Shown: positions 1-11,826, numbered from the stretch's first letter. The stretch: DNA of 64,000 nt from an uncultured Candidatus Poseidoniales archaeon (GCA_964003245.1 CAXFIU010000001.1:20589-84588), one strand, 5' to 3'. Made by a program: numbers and translations. The notes: generated by a model not told the origin, from the sequence alone.

Positions 1-1
1 G

Positions 2-304
2 TTTGGAAAACAGGATGTTTCATGGTTAGCGGAATCTCAATTATCTGAAGCTCTCGATAAAAGACTTTATTTCGATGATTTATATGAAGGTGTATTATCA
101 CGTACACTAATTCCATTTGCTGATTTTACTGCATGGTTTGATAGAAATATAATTGATGGCATCATTAAACAAATAGAATCAAAATCGGTTCTCGGTTCAT
201 TTGAGATTCGTAAATTTACTACAGGAAGTGCTGGTGATTATATCTTAATGGCGACTATAGGAGCTCTCTGTATATTCGTGTTATTAATGGGGGTGAGTTT
301 CTGA
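2..304 (+). CDS. nuoL: NADH-quinone oxidoreductase subunit L (NuoL/ND5), C-terminal fragment truncated by window edge
   Basis: Frame-2 translation ...DDLYEGVLSRTLIPFADFTAWFDRNIIDGIIKQIE... matches the conserved NuoL C-terminal FDxxVIDG(L/I)VN region; stop at 302-304; immediately precedes nuoM. Confidence 0.65.
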   Translation, partial: FGKQDVSWLAESQLSEALDKRLYFDDLYEGVLSRTLIPFADFTAWFDRNIIDGIIKQIESKSVLGSFEIRKFTTGSAGDYILMATIGALCIFVLLMGVSF

Positions 305-312
305 ACGATCCC

Positions 313-1899
313 TTGACAATTCTAACATTAACTCCGATTGGAGTTGGTTTGCTATTGCTAATTTTACCTCAATTATTGCCTGGAAACTTAGCCTCTTCAA
401 TACGTAAATTTTCTCGAAATGTGAGTTTTGGAGTTTCAATGGCTCTATTTGCATTTGCAACCTACCTTTCCTTCACTACTTTCGGTGGTATTGACTGGCT
501 TGACATTAATATGGGTGAATATGAATTAATGAATGATAAACCAGTTACTCTTATCTCATCAATTGGTGTATCTTGGGTTGTCGGTGTTGATGCACTTTCA
601 TTACCAATGGTCTGGTTAACAGCTCTATTAATTCCACTATCAATGTTGGTAGAATGGGATGCTAAAGAAGGACATATTTTCCATCCGTTGATTCTTGTTA
701 TGGAAGGTGCCTTACTTGGTGTGTTTGTTGTTCTAGATTTGTTTGTATTCTACGTATTCTGGGAAATGACATTGATACCGATGTTCTTTTTGATATTAGT
801 TTGGGGCGGCGAAGATAGAAAATATGCTTCTATGAAGTTCTTCATTTACACATTCACTGCTAGTGTAATTATGCTAGTTGGGATTTTAGTAATGTATTTC
901 CACACCGGCGATGTATCTGGAGTATCTGGAACATTAACGGGACATCACTTTAGTCTCATTGAGATGAATAGTGAGATGATTCAATCAGAGGGTCTCAGAC
1001 ATTTGGTTTGGATTTTGTTATTAATTGGATTTGCAACAAAAATGCCTAGTGTACCAGTGCATACTTGGCTTCCTGATGCTCACGTTCAAGCACCAACAGC
1101 TGGATCAATGTTATTGGCTGGCGTAATGCTGAAAATGGGAGCATATGGTTTCTTGAGAGTTGCCGTCTCATTATTCCCAGAGTCTACAGTTGTTTTCACA
1201 CCCATTCTAATTATTCTTGGAATGGCAAGTTTAGTTTATGGTGCATTAGTATGCATGGGTCAAACAAATCTGAAAAGAATGGTTGCCTATTCATCAGTTT
1301 CACATATGGGATTAATATTCCTAGGGATTGCAACAATGCAACCACTGGGTATCGCTGGCGCCTTATTCATGATGTTCGCTCATGGAATAATTAGTCCACT
1401 ATTATTCGCAGTCGCGGGTGCTTTCAAACATCATTATCATACCTTAGAAATAGGCTCTATGAGAGGTATTGCACATCACTCACCATATTTGGCCGCTCAT
1501 ATGATGCTAGGTTGGATGGGTAGCTTAGGGTTACCATTACTAGCCGGTTTCGTTGCTGAGGTAGCCATTATGATTGCTTTCTGGATGAGTTTTGGATGGT
1601 TAGTCATTTTACCTGCATTGACATTAATTATTACGGCAGTCTACTATCTAACATCTATGCAGAAGACTATTTTTGAATCAAACGATAGACATCATGGAAT
1701 CCTTCCAGAGTCATTACACGGTGAAGAACCTAGAGATATTACTTGGAATGAGAATACTAGTATGTTTATTTTAGGTATTCTCACAATTGCTTTCGGTATA
1801 TTCCCATTCATATTCTTCGATATGATGTCTGATTGGTCTTCTGAATTTGTTAGTGAAGTATTACTTAGTTATCTAATTGATCAAGGGGTGAGTCCATGA
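313..1899 (+). CDS. nuoM: NADH-quinone oxidoreductase subunit M (NuoM/ND4)
   Basis: Polytopic membrane protein; proton-pumping antiporter-like motifs WLPDAHVQAPTAGSMLLAGVMLKMGAYGFLR and AYSSVSHMG; TTG start in ORF track; 4-nt overlap (ATGA) with nuoN. Confidence 0.85.
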   Translation: MTILTLTPIGVGLLLLILPQLLPGNLASSIRKFSRNVSFGVSMALFAFATYLSFTTFGGIDWLDINMGEYELMNDKPVTLISSIGVSWVVGVDALSLPMVWLTALLIPLSMLVEWDAKEGHIFHPLILVMEGALLGVFVVLDLFVFYVFWEMTLIPMFFLILVWGGEDRKYASMKFFIYTFTASVIMLVGILVMYFHTGDVSGVSGTLTGHHFSLIEMNSEMIQSEGLRHLVWILLLIGFATKMPSVPVHTWLPDAHVQAPTAGSMLLAGVMLKMGAYGFLRVAVSLFPESTVVFTPILIILGMASLVYGALVCMGQTNLKRMVAYSSVSHMGLIFLGIATMQPLGIAGALFMMFAHGIISPLLFAVAGAFKHHYHTLEIGSMRGIAHHSPYLAAHMMLGWMGSLGLPLLAGFVAEVAIMIAFWMSFGWLVILPALTLIITAVYYLTSMQKTIFESNDRHHGILPESLHGEEPRDITWNENTSMFILGILTIAFGIFPFIFFDMMSDWSSEFVSEVLLSYLIDQGVSP

Positions 1900-3581
1900 A
1901 TCTTCCAATTAATTATTCTGAGGCAGAATTGATTATTCCTGAATTAATAATGCTATTTGGTTTAATATGCATAATTTTAATTCCTAATTTGGGGAATGCA
2001 CGTTTCCGTATCCCTCTAACAAGAATTCATGTTCCCGTATTTATCGGCGGTAGCCGTTTCAAGAGAACCAGTAATCCTAAATTACCAAATCAAGTTTCAT
2101 TAATTATTTTCATTTCTGCTTTATTCTTTGGACTTATGCAGAACTCTTATGGTCCAATAGGAGATACATTAGAGGTCACTGAGTTCAGCCGTTTATTTTC
2201 TCTAATATTCATTGCTGCTTTACTCCTTGCGACTATTGCAACTACACACAGACTTCCTGCTAGACCTAATGTAAAACCACCAAATGATGACGATAGCGAG
2301 AATCTTTCTACTAAGAAAATTAATGCTTTAATTGATAATCGTCGTCAAGTTGATTTTCATATTATTCTGATTATGGTTGGTCTTGGGATGAGCCTTATGT
2401 CAATGGCCACCCATCTCTTTATGCTATTTGTTTGTATTGAGTTGGCATCATTATCGTCCTATATTCTTGTTGCCTTCCATAAGGAAAGTAAGGTTGGTGG
2501 AGAAGCAGGAATGAAATATTTCATCGTAGGTTCAGTAGCCTCAGCAGTTGGAATTTATGGCATGTCACTCCTTTATCTTTGGAGCGGAGATCTTTCATTG
2601 GATGCTTTGTCAATAAAGTGGGCAGAATCATCCTCAATTGATCCTCTAGCAGGAATAGCTGTTGGTTTAATGCTAGTTGCATTTGGATTTAAGGTAGGTG
2701 CAGCGCCCTTCCATCTCGCAGCGCCCGATGCCTATTCCGGGGCATCATCTCCTATTGCTGGCTTACTAGCCACAGCCTCGAAAGCCATGGGATTTGTTGC
2801 TTTAATGAGAATATTAGTATCAGTTACAATGCCTATTGAAGGTGAGGCTTTCTGGTATACTGCGATTGCTATCATTGCAGTTGTTACTATGACATGGGGT
2901 AACTTAGCAGCTCTAACTAGTAGTAATCCAAAGAGAATGCTAGCTTACTCCAGTGTGTCCCATGCAGGATATATGTTAGCGGGTCTGGCAGCTATCGGGA
3001 GTGGTCTTGGCTCCGAAGAAGCAATTGAACTTGTATTAACTGCTATAGTATTCCATCTCGCTGTTTTGGTTATCTTCAAGTTTGGAGCATTCTTGGTATT
3101 ATCTCTCTTAGAAACTGAGGGTAGAGGGCATAGATTGGAAGATCTACATGGGCTTGCTCGAAGAGATCCACTAGTTGCTGGTTCCATGTTCTTGTTTATG
3201 TTGTCACTAGCGGGGGTACCGCCATTGTCTGGATTCCTGTCAAAGTTTTTGATGATTAATGGAATAGTGAATATTTCTGCTGGTACTGGTTCCTCGGATG
3301 CAACTTCAGTTCTTGACTGGTTAACCAGTGTTGAACCAGTATTTTGGTTGGCTTTTGCAATTGTAATAAATTCTGCATTGTCAATGTTTTATTATCTAAG
3401 AATTGGATTAGTCATGTTCTTTGAAGAACCGGAAGATAGTAGGGCTATGAAGGACGCCTTCAGTCTAAGATTAGCAATTGTGGTCTGTGCGATACTCACA
3501 GTCATTGTTGGAATTGGGCCACTAAGTGATTCATTATTGGAAATGGTTGCAGATGCTATAAATTCCTTTGTTTCTAACTGA
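1896..3581 (+). CDS. nuoN: NADH-quinone oxidoreductase subunit N (NuoN/ND2)
   Basis: Motifs LAYSSVSHAGYMLAG and multiple TM helices typical of NuoN; follows nuoL-nuoM in canonical order. Confidence 0.85.
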   Translation: MNLPINYSEAELIIPELIMLFGLICIILIPNLGNARFRIPLTRIHVPVFIGGSRFKRTSNPKLPNQVSLIIFISALFFGLMQNSYGPIGDTLEVTEFSRLFSLIFIAALLLATIATTHRLPARPNVKPPNDDDSENLSTKKINALIDNRRQVDFHIILIMVGLGMSLMSMATHLFMLFVCIELASLSSYILVAFHKESKVGGEAGMKYFIVGSVASAVGIYGMSLLYLWSGDLSLDALSIKWAESSSIDPLAGIAVGLMLVAFGFKVGAAPFHLAAPDAYSGASSPIAGLLATASKAMGFVALMRILVSVTMPIEGEAFWYTAIAIIAVVTMTWGNLAALTSSNPKRMLAYSSVSHAGYMLAGLAAIGSGLGSEEAIELVLTAIVFHLAVLVIFKFGAFLVLSLLETEGRGHRLEDLHGLARRDPLVAGSMFLFMLSLAGVPPLSGFLSKFLMINGIVNISAGTGSSDATSVLDWLTSVEPVFWLAFAIVINSALSMFYYLRIGLVMFFEEPEDSRAMKDAFSLRLAIVVCAILTVIVGIGPLSDSLLEMVADAINSFVSN

Positions 3582-3625
3582 GCGAGAAGGCTCAACTTCA
3601 CATAGGTGACGCTAGACGGGTAGTC

Positions 3626-4138
3626 ATGGCTCGTAGAGAGGAGAAGGTTGACGCTGAGCTTTTAGCAAGGTTAGAATCAGGTAGTGGTGACAAAATAAGA
3701 GTACCTTTACCTAATCGTAAAGTCAACGAAATGTTTGCTATTGCAGATCAGATTCTAGGAGGAAGAAGGGTAAGGGCCGTTTGTGAAGATGGCGATAGCC
3801 GTCTAGCGCGAATACCTGGTAAAATGCGTCGTAGACAATGGGTTAGAGAAGGTGACTTAATTGTTGTACAACCATGGGATTTTCAAGACGAGAAAGCAAA
3901 TGTAGTAATGAGATATACAAAAACTCAATCGCTATATTTGTCTAGAAAAGGAGTATTGCCAGACATAGTAGATTTATTTGGAATGTCTGAAGATATCTCA
4001 GAAGTAACTGGAACTAATGAAGAATTAGAATTTATAGAAGAAGATTCCGTAGAAGAAGAATCAGAATTGGAAATTGAGGAATCAGTTGTAAAAGAAACAT
4101 CATCATTTGACGACGACATTGATTCTTTCTTTGGGTGA
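3626..4138 (+). CDS. eif1a: Translation initiation factor 1A (aIF-1A/eIF1A) with long acidic C-terminal tail
   Basis: S1/OB core RIPGKMRRRQWVREGDLIVV matches the eIF1A signature; 60-aa acidic extension ending ...SSFDDDIDSFFG; first gene of conserved archaeal aIF1A-Rio1-KH cluster. Confidence 0.8.
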   Translation: MARREEKVDAELLARLESGSGDKIRVPLPNRKVNEMFAIADQILGGRRVRAVCEDGDSRLARIPGKMRRRQWVREGDLIVVQPWDFQDEKANVVMRYTKTQSLYLSRKGVLPDIVDLFGMSEDISEVTGTNEELEFIEEDSVEEESELEIEESVVKETSSFDDDIDSFFG

Positions 4139-4142
4139 AATC

Positions 4143-5021
4143 ATGTCAGATTCAGAGGATTGGGATTTACCCGACCTCGACGCTTTAATGCGAGGCGAAA
4201 AAAAACACGAATGGTTATCCGAACCTCGATTTGAGAAAATGTTCTCAGAAATTGAAGATGGTCTTCAGGGAGTTTTAGGAAAGGGGACTTATGATTGGGT
4301 TGATCGACGAGTTTTCGACGCTGTATTTGATAAATCTACATTAATGTCATTACATAAGTTAATGCAAAAAGGCGAGATTGAGACGCTTGATTATCCAATT
4401 GCAAGAGGTAAGGAGGCCCATGTTTTTCATGCAACATCTAACCATGGTCCTGTAGCGGTGAAAATATTTCACACAACAAACGCGGTTTTCAAAGGATTAG
4501 CAAAATATATCGATGGAGATCCAAGATTTGGAGGGCTATCTCGTAGACATAGAGAGTTAGTGAATATCTGGGTACGTAAAGAATTTAGAAATCTAAAAAG
4601 AATGAGAAAATATGGATTAAGAGTTCCAAAACCTATTTCTAATTTGAAAAATGTTCTTATTATGGAATATTTAGGTGAAGGTGAAGGAGTAAGCCCAAGA
4701 TTGAAAGATGTAATTATTGATGAGCCATATGAGGTATTCGAAGACCTACTCGATTTTCTTGCTATTAATTGGCAAACAGCTGAACTTGTTCATGCAGATT
4801 TTTCAGAGTACAATATCTTATGGAAAGATGGTGAACCATGGGTAATTGATGTTGGTCAAAGTGTGACAAAGCAACATCCACATTCAGAAGAATTTCTTGT
4901 TAGAGACGTAACGAGACTGGTTCAGTGGATAAATCGTCAAGGATATAACGCGGATATTGGTGAAAGTTTACTTCGTGTATTGGAAGATCCAGTTCCCAAA
5001 TTACCTCCTTTATCCGATTGA
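4143..5021 (+). CDS. rio1: RIO-type serine/threonine protein kinase (Rio1)
   Basis: ATG 4 nt after aIF1A stop; RIO kinase motifs: GKEAHVFHA...VAVKIF, LIMEYLG, LVHADFSEYNILW, WVIDVGQSV. Confidence 0.8.
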   Translation: MSDSEDWDLPDLDALMRGEKKHEWLSEPRFEKMFSEIEDGLQGVLGKGTYDWVDRRVFDAVFDKSTLMSLHKLMQKGEIETLDYPIARGKEAHVFHATSNHGPVAVKIFHTTNAVFKGLAKYIDGDPRFGGLSRRHRELVNIWVRKEFRNLKRMRKYGLRVPKPISNLKNVLIMEYLGEGEGVSPRLKDVIIDEPYEVFEDLLDFLAINWQTAELVHADFSEYNILWKDGEPWVIDVGQSVTKQHPHSEEFLVRDVTRLVQWINRQGYNADIGESLLRVLEDPVPKLPPLSD

Positions 5022-5068
5022 AATTGAAACACAGGAAGTTAAAACATAACAGCCACTCCCCTAAACAT

Positions 5069-5800
5069 ATGGAGCATTTAGCACGGATTCCTAAAAATCG
5101 TATTGCTGTGCTTATAGGTAAACGTGGCTCTACAAGAAAAATGATTGAGAAAGCATGTGGGGCATCATTGCATATCGAGTCAAATTCAGGTGATGTTAGT
5201 GTTAACTGGCCAGATGAAGGTGTAGATCCTGTAATAAAAATGAAACTTCCTGATGTAATATTTGCTATTGGAAGAGGACTAGCCCCTAAAAGAGCAATCC
5301 AGCTTCTAGAAGATGATGTTTTCTTGAGGATGTATGATATCAGGGAGTGGGTTGGTAAGCAACCAAATCAAACTAGAAGAATGAGAAGTAGGCTAATTGG
5401 CACCAATGGTAGAATTAGGAGCTTAATTGAAGAATTAACTGGTACGGAGATGGCAATTTATGGCTCAACAGTTTTAGTAATCGGTGATCAAGAATCTTTA
5501 GCTTTAGCAACCCCTGCTATAGAAGGAATTCTCCAAGGTTCTGAACATGGTACCGTTCTTTTTGGCTTAGAACAGGACAGGAAACGTCACCGTATTCGTT
5601 CTTATAGTCTCGAAACTTATGAAGAAAAAGATGTTGAAGATACTTCGAGCTTTGAGGCTCTAGTTCCTAGTTTGGCCGACGCACGCCGTCGGAGAGAAAG
5701 AAAGTTTACCAATTCACAAGTTGACCCCTTGGATCAAGAAGCAATTTCAGAAATGATGGAGTTAGCAGAAGATGAAAAAATAGTATTTGAGGAAGAATAA
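5069..5800 (+). CDS. KH-domain RNA-binding protein (archaeal Dim2/Pno1-like), two KH domains, acidic C-terminus
   Basis: IPKNRIAVLIGKRGSTRKMIE (KH GxxG loop) and LIGTNGRIRSLIEELTG (second KH); conserved position downstream of rio1; start codon uncertain (ORF opens at 5018 with TTG; ATG at 5069). Confidence 0.65.
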   Translation: MEHLARIPKNRIAVLIGKRGSTRKMIEKACGASLHIESNSGDVSVNWPDEGVDPVIKMKLPDVIFAIGRGLAPKRAIQLLEDDVFLRMYDIREWVGKQPNQTRRMRSRLIGTNGRIRSLIEELTGTEMAIYGSTVLVIGDQESLALATPAIEGILQGSEHGTVLFGLEQDRKRHRIRSYSLETYEEKDVEDTSSFEALVPSLADARRRRERKFTNSQVDPLDQEAISEMMELAEDEKIVFEEE

Positions 5801-5829
5801 TTTTCTAATCTTAAATGCGTTATACCTAA

Positions 5830-7128
<1,299 letters not shown>

Positions 7129-7196
7129 TAAGCCCAAATCATGAATATGAACCCATTCAATTGAAAGTTCGAATGCCCTCTGGAGAGCTGAGAGAT

Positions 7197-8807
7197 ATGG
7201 ATAGGCTACCAACTCGAATCGACCGGAATAGTGAAGATTTCAATCGCCGAAGAGAATTTAATATCCAACTTGTCGAGGAATTAAAGCAAAAAATCAACGA
7301 AGTTAAGGAGGGCGGCGGTAAGAAATACGTTGATCGCCATCGTAGTCGAGGAAAATTACTTGCTAGAGAAAGGATAAAGGAAATATGCGACCCAGGAACG
7401 CCTTTTCTTGAATTTTCATCCCTAGCTGCAAATGGACTTTATGATTCTCGTGCTCATTCTGCTGGAATTATCACTGGCATAGGGGTTGTCCATGGAAAAG
7501 AGTGCTTATTTGTAGCAAATGATGCAACTGTCAAAGGTGGTTCATATTATCCTATGACAGTTAAGAAGCACATCCGAGCTCAAGAAATTGCAGATGAGAA
7601 TAATCTTACTTGTATTTATTTAGTTGATAGCGGTGGTGCATTTTTACCTATGCAAGACGAAGTTTTTCCCGACAAAGGACACTTTGGAAGAATATTTAGA
7701 AATCAGGCTATTCTTTCTAGTAAAGGGATTTCTCAAGTCGCCGCTGTATTGGGGAGTTGTACTGCAGGTGGCGCCTATATCCCTGCAATGTCCGATGAAT
7801 CAATAATCGTTAAAGGAAATGGTACGATATTTTTGGCAGGTCCTCCATTAGTAAAATCTGCAACTGGAGAAGAGGTTTCTGCAGAAAATCTCGGCGGCGC
7901 AGATCTACATACACGTGAATCAGGAGTAGCGGATCACTTTGCAGAAGATGAACCTGAAGCACTTAGAATGATTCGTAATGTTGTCCAAAATCTAAATATT
8001 AAGCCCAAACAAAGACTAGATGTTGAGGCCGTTGAGGAGCCTAAGCATGATGTTGAAGAATTAATGGGAATAATTCCAGATGATAATAGGACACCTTATG
8101 ATGTTAGGGAAGTAATATCTAGAATTGTTGATGGTAGTCGTTTTCATGAATTTAAACAGAGATATGGTAATACCTTAGTCTGTGGTTTTGCTAGGATTCA
8201 TGGTTATCCTGTTGGAATAGTCGCAAATAATGGAATTTTATTCTCAGAATCTTCTTTGAAAGGAGCTCATTTTGTAGAATTATGCGGTCAACGTGGAATA
8301 CCTCTAGTATTTCTACAGAATATTACAGGATTCATGGTTGGTAGAGATGCAGAGTCCGGAGGCATAGCAAAAGATGGTGCTAAGTTGGTTACAGCAGTAT
8401 CTTGCGTACCAGTCCCTAAATTCACAGTGATTATCGGAGGTTCCCATGGAGCCGGAAATTACGGTATGTGCGGTAGAGCATATGATCCAAGATTTGTCTT
8501 TATGTGGCCTAATTCTAGGATTTCTGTAATGGGGGGGCCACAGGCTGCAGATGTTATGGCAACGGTCAAACAAGATCAGATGTCCAGAGAAAATCTACCT
8601 GAAATGAGTGATTATGAACTAGAAAATCTAAGAAAGCCAATTTTAGAAAAATATGAAACTGAAGGCTCTCCTTACTATTCTACTGCGAGATTGTGGGATG
8701 ATGGAATAATCGACCCAAGAGATACTCGAGATGTTCTAGGATTATGTATTTCTGCTAGTTTGAATGCTCCTCTACCAGAACAAAATTATGGCGTATTCAG
8801 GATGTAA
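7197..8807 (+). CDS. Acyl-CoA carboxylase carboxyltransferase subunit (methylcrotonyl-CoA carboxylase beta-like)
   Basis: N-terminus [24 protein letters not shown]...[35 protein letters not shown] and [28 protein letters not shown] are close to MCCC2 / PccB-type carboxyltransferase; start chosen at the ATG matching the family N-terminus (ORF opens at 7125). Confidence 0.8.
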   Translation: MDRLPTRIDRNSEDFNRRREFNIQLVEELKQKINEVKEGGGKKYVDRHRSRGKLLARERIKEICDPGTPFLEFSSLAANGLYDSRAHSAGIITGIGVVHGKECLFVANDATVKGGSYYPMTVKKHIRAQEIADENNLTCIYLVDSGGAFLPMQDEVFPDKGHFGRIFRNQAILSSKGISQVAAVLGSCTAGGAYIPAMSDESIIVKGNGTIFLAGPPLVKSATGEEVSAENLGGADLHTRESGVADHFAEDEPEALRMIRNVVQNLNIKPKQRLDVEAVEEPKHDVEELMGIIPDDNRTPYDVREVISRIVDGSRFHEFKQRYGNTLVCGFARIHGYPVGIVANNGILFSESSLKGAHFVELCGQRGIPLVFLQNITGFMVGRDAESGGIAKDGAKLVTAVSCVPVPKFTVIIGGSHGAGNYGMCGRAYDPRFVFMWPNSRISVMGGPQAADVMATVKQDQMSRENLPEMSDYELENLRKPILEKYETEGSPYYSTARLWDDGIIDPRDTRDVLGLCISASLNAPLPEQNYGVFRM

Positions 8808-9676
8808 TGGTGATTAAAATGAAAATGAGTGATTCTCCTCCAGAAAATAAACTATGTGAACTTGTAATTGATGACGATATTGCTAGAATTAATCTAAACC
8901 GTAGTGACGTGTACAATGCTCTCAATACCGAATTGATTAGTGAGTTAATATCGCTAATTAAATGGACATCTGATAGAAGCGTATATGCAAACTCCTCTTT
9001 GAAAGATTCAGATGGTAATAAATTCCTCAGAGTAATAATTTTTACAGGTGAAGGTAAGCATTTCTGTGCTGGCGCAGATATCAATATGATGAGAGATGCT
9101 GGGGCACGCTCAGTTGCAGAAAATCGTTTAGATTCTGAAAGATTAGATACTTTATTCCATGGTCTTTGGGCGCATCCATGTTTTACTATAGGTTGTATAC
9201 AAGGTGTGGCTTTAGGCGGAGGAGCAGGCCTAGTATCTTGTTTTGATTATGCAATTGCTGAACCAAGAACAAGAATCGCTCTTTCTGAGGCCAAATTAGG
9301 CATACTGCCAGCAGTTATTGGTCCCTACGTCTATCGTAAAATAGGCAGTTCTAATTTCCGTCGATTATCAATGATGGCTAGTAAAATAGATTCAGATGAA
9401 GCTATGAGAATAGGTTTGATTAATTATGTCGTAGAATCTTCTGAGGATTTTGCGGATAAATCGAATATGATTGCTCAAGAAGTTCTAACAACCGGACCTA
9501 TGGCAGTTACAGAAGCTAAGAATTTGACATTGGTTTTCGATAGATGGAATGGTAATGATGCAGATCTTCGTGAATGGACTTTAGATAAAACTAGTCAAAT
9601 GAGAGGTTCAGATGAAGGTCAAGAAGGACTTTCATCTTTCTTAGAGCGCCGTAAACCCAATTGGTCTTCTGAATAA
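8807..9676 (+). CDS. Enoyl-CoA hydratase/isomerase (crotonase family; methylglutaconyl-CoA hydratase-like)
   Basis: IIFTGEGKHFCAGADINMM crotonase oxyanion-hole motif; start ATG overlaps upstream stop (TAATG). Confidence 0.75.
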   Translation: MVIKMKMSDSPPENKLCELVIDDDIARINLNRSDVYNALNTELISELISLIKWTSDRSVYANSSLKDSDGNKFLRVIIFTGEGKHFCAGADINMMRDAGARSVAENRLDSERLDTLFHGLWAHPCFTIGCIQGVALGGGAGLVSCFDYAIAEPRTRIALSEAKLGILPAVIGPYVYRKIGSSNFRRLSMMASKIDSDEAMRIGLINYVVESSEDFADKSNMIAQEVLTTGPMAVTEAKNLTLVFDRWNGNDADLREWTLDKTSQMRGSDEGQEGLSSFLERRKPNWSSE

Positions 9677-9689
9677 TGTGGTGTAAGAA

Positions 9690-11243
9690 ATGTTACCTGA
9701 TTGGATGATTAATGCGCCAACCCCATTCGATTCTGTTTTGGTAGCAAATCGTGGTGAGATTGCTGTTAGAATACTCAAAGCAGCCAAAGAATCAGGACTC
9801 AAAGGAATTGCTATTTACTCTGATTCAGATAAGAATTCATTACATGTAGAAATAGCCGATAAATCTGTTCATTTGCCTGGAAAAAGTCTCTCTGAGACCT
9901 ATCTAAATATGGAACTTATAATTTCTGCGGCCAAAGAATCCGGAGCTCAAGCCATACATCCTGGTTATGGTTTCTTATCTGAAAGGGCTAATTTTGCTAA
10001 ATTAGTAAAAGATTCTGGTTTAATATGGATAGGTCCATCTTCAGAAGCAATAGAAACCATGGGCGATAAAATATCTGCTCGTAGGAGAATGATTGAGTCC
10101 AAAGTCCCTATTATTCCTGGTGAAGAATTAGCAATTGAATCGGGTTCAAACCCTCTCGGTGTTTTAGCAACATCTGCTGCTAGAGTAGGATATCCGTTAT
10201 TGGTTAAGGCTAGTGCAGGTGGCGGCGGAAAGGGAATGAGGGCGGTTTACGAACCTAAGATGCTTAGGACAGAATATGAAGCAGCAGCCCGTGAAGCTTC
10301 AGCTGCCTTCGGAGATGGTACTGTTTATGTTGAGAGATTATTGACAGGTTCAAGACATGTTGAAATTCAAGTACTTTGCGATCAATATGGGAACTCAATA
10401 CATTTGAATGAAAGAGACTGTTCATTACAACGAAGACATCAGAAAGTAATCGAAGAAGCACCTTCTCCAGCTGTTACACCTGAGATTCGTGATAACATGG
10501 GGCAAGCAGCGATAAGGGCAGCCAAGGCTGTAAATTATGAAGGTGCAGGAACAGTTGAGTTTCTTCTAACTCCTAAAGGCGATTTTTTCTTTCTTGAAAT
10601 GAACACTCGATTACAAGTTGAACACCCAGTTACTGAGTTAATTACTGGAATTGATTTAGTTCAGAAGCAATTCGAAGTTGCCGCAGGATTTCCATTGAAT
10701 ATATCTCAGGAAGAAATAGGAATTACTGGGCATTCAATTGAAGCCAGAATCTATGCTGAGGATGTAAGCAAAGGATTCCTTCCAGCAATTGGAAAACTGT
10801 CAATGTGGAGACCGCCATCAACTCCTGGTGTTAGGATGGACTCGGGATTTAGAGAGGGTGATGAAGTTACTATTGACTTCGATCCAATGTTAGCCAAATT
10901 AATTGTTCATGCTCCTACAAGAGAAGCAGCATTGAGAAGACTAGATACTGCATTGTCAGAATTTGTTGTTTTGGGAGTCACTACTAATGTTGGATTCTTA
11001 CGCCAGGTATCCCAAAGTGAAGCATTCTCAAAGGGTCTTGTAACAACTGATTATCTCGATAACACATCTCTAGAAGAATTTAAGGAACCAGAAATTAGTG
11101 ATTCAATTTTAATTTCGATTGCAGCAGGGGCAAGTCGTTTTGGATTAGATCGTAATTTATCATCTGTCACTTCCGAAATAATAGATGAGTATAGTGGGCA
11201 TTCAGGAGACCCATTCAAAACATTGACGAGGTCTTATCCTTAG
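9690..11243 (+). CDS. Biotin carboxylase subunit of acyl-CoA carboxylase (no fused biotinyl domain)
   Basis: VLVANRGEIAVRILKAAKESG, ATP-grasp region, LEMNTRLQVEHPVTE; ends before any biotin-attachment motif. Confidence 0.85.
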   Translation: MLPDWMINAPTPFDSVLVANRGEIAVRILKAAKESGLKGIAIYSDSDKNSLHVEIADKSVHLPGKSLSETYLNMELIISAAKESGAQAIHPGYGFLSERANFAKLVKDSGLIWIGPSSEAIETMGDKISARRRMIESKVPIIPGEELAIESGSNPLGVLATSAARVGYPLLVKASAGGGGKGMRAVYEPKMLRTEYEAAAREASAAFGDGTVYVERLLTGSRHVEIQVLCDQYGNSIHLNERDCSLQRRHQKVIEEAPSPAVTPEIRDNMGQAAIRAAKAVNYEGAGTVEFLLTPKGDFFFLEMNTRLQVEHPVTELITGIDLVQKQFEVAAGFPLNISQEEIGITGHSIEARIYAEDVSKGFLPAIGKLSMWRPPSTPGVRMDSGFREGDEVTIDFDPMLAKLIVHAPTREAALRRLDTALSEFVVLGVTTNVGFLRQVSQSEAFSKGLVTTDYLDNTSLEEFKEPEISDSILISIAAGASRFGLDRNLSSVTSEIIDEYSGHSGDPFKTLTRSYP

Positions 11244-11251
11244 GTGATTTT

Positions 11252-11752
11252 ATGGAATGGAGCATAGATAATTCTGGACCTAGATATACAGTAAACTTCT
11301 CTGAAAAAGAGGGGCTACTTTCACTTTCTAAATTAATTTCTAACGGCGAAGAAATTAACTTTCCTGATATCTCACTGAGTAAAGATCAGCAATCAGGGAG
11401 AATTCTTTTAGAATTAGATGGAGTTAGAAGTTTTGCTCATGTTTCTAGATGTAACGACGAATGGTGGATACATTTCCAAGGGAGAATTTATGTTACTAAC
11501 ATGCACGAACCCGGAAGTAAAGACTCTTCATTATCAGAAGGCAGTCTAAGTGCTCCGATGCCTGGAACAATTCTTGATGTAATGGTAAAGAAAGGCCAGA
11601 GAGTGAGAGAAGGTCAGACATTATTAGTCATGGAAGCAATGAAGATGGAGCATCGGATTCAGGCACCAAGGGCTGGTGAAGTTACAGAGGTATACTTCCA
11701 GACAGGTGAGAGAGTGGATATGGGCGCAAATTTGGTAGAAATAGGCGATTAG
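11252..11752 (+). CDS. Biotin carboxyl carrier protein (biotinyl/lipoyl domain)
   Basis: C-terminal ...LLVMEAMKMEHRIQAPRAGEVTEVYFQTGERV with the AMKM biotinylation motif; separate ORF 8 nt after biotin carboxylase stop. Confidence 0.7.
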   Translation: MEWSIDNSGPRYTVNFSEKEGLLSLSKLISNGEEINFPDISLSKDQQSGRILLELDGVRSFAHVSRCNDEWWIHFQGRIYVTNMHEPGSKDSSLSEGSLSAPMPGTILDVMVKKGQRVREGQTLLVMEAMKMEHRIQAPRAGEVTEVYFQTGERVDMGANLVEIGD

Positions 11753-11826
11753 TACATTATTACGCTTCAATTCACCAATTATCATGCAGGGAGTGGGTTA
11801 ATTACATCCAAGGTCTTGGCATAATC

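Noticed and set aside
11753-11826. 75-nt and other 70-110-nt intergenic spacers (27797-27890, 37211-37298, 44108-44223, 51912-51986) checked for tRNA-like cloverleaf/GTTC-box features
   Set aside because: No acceptor-stem/T-loop pattern was recognisable by eye. A tRNAscan/Infernal run would be needed to exclude small ncRNAs.
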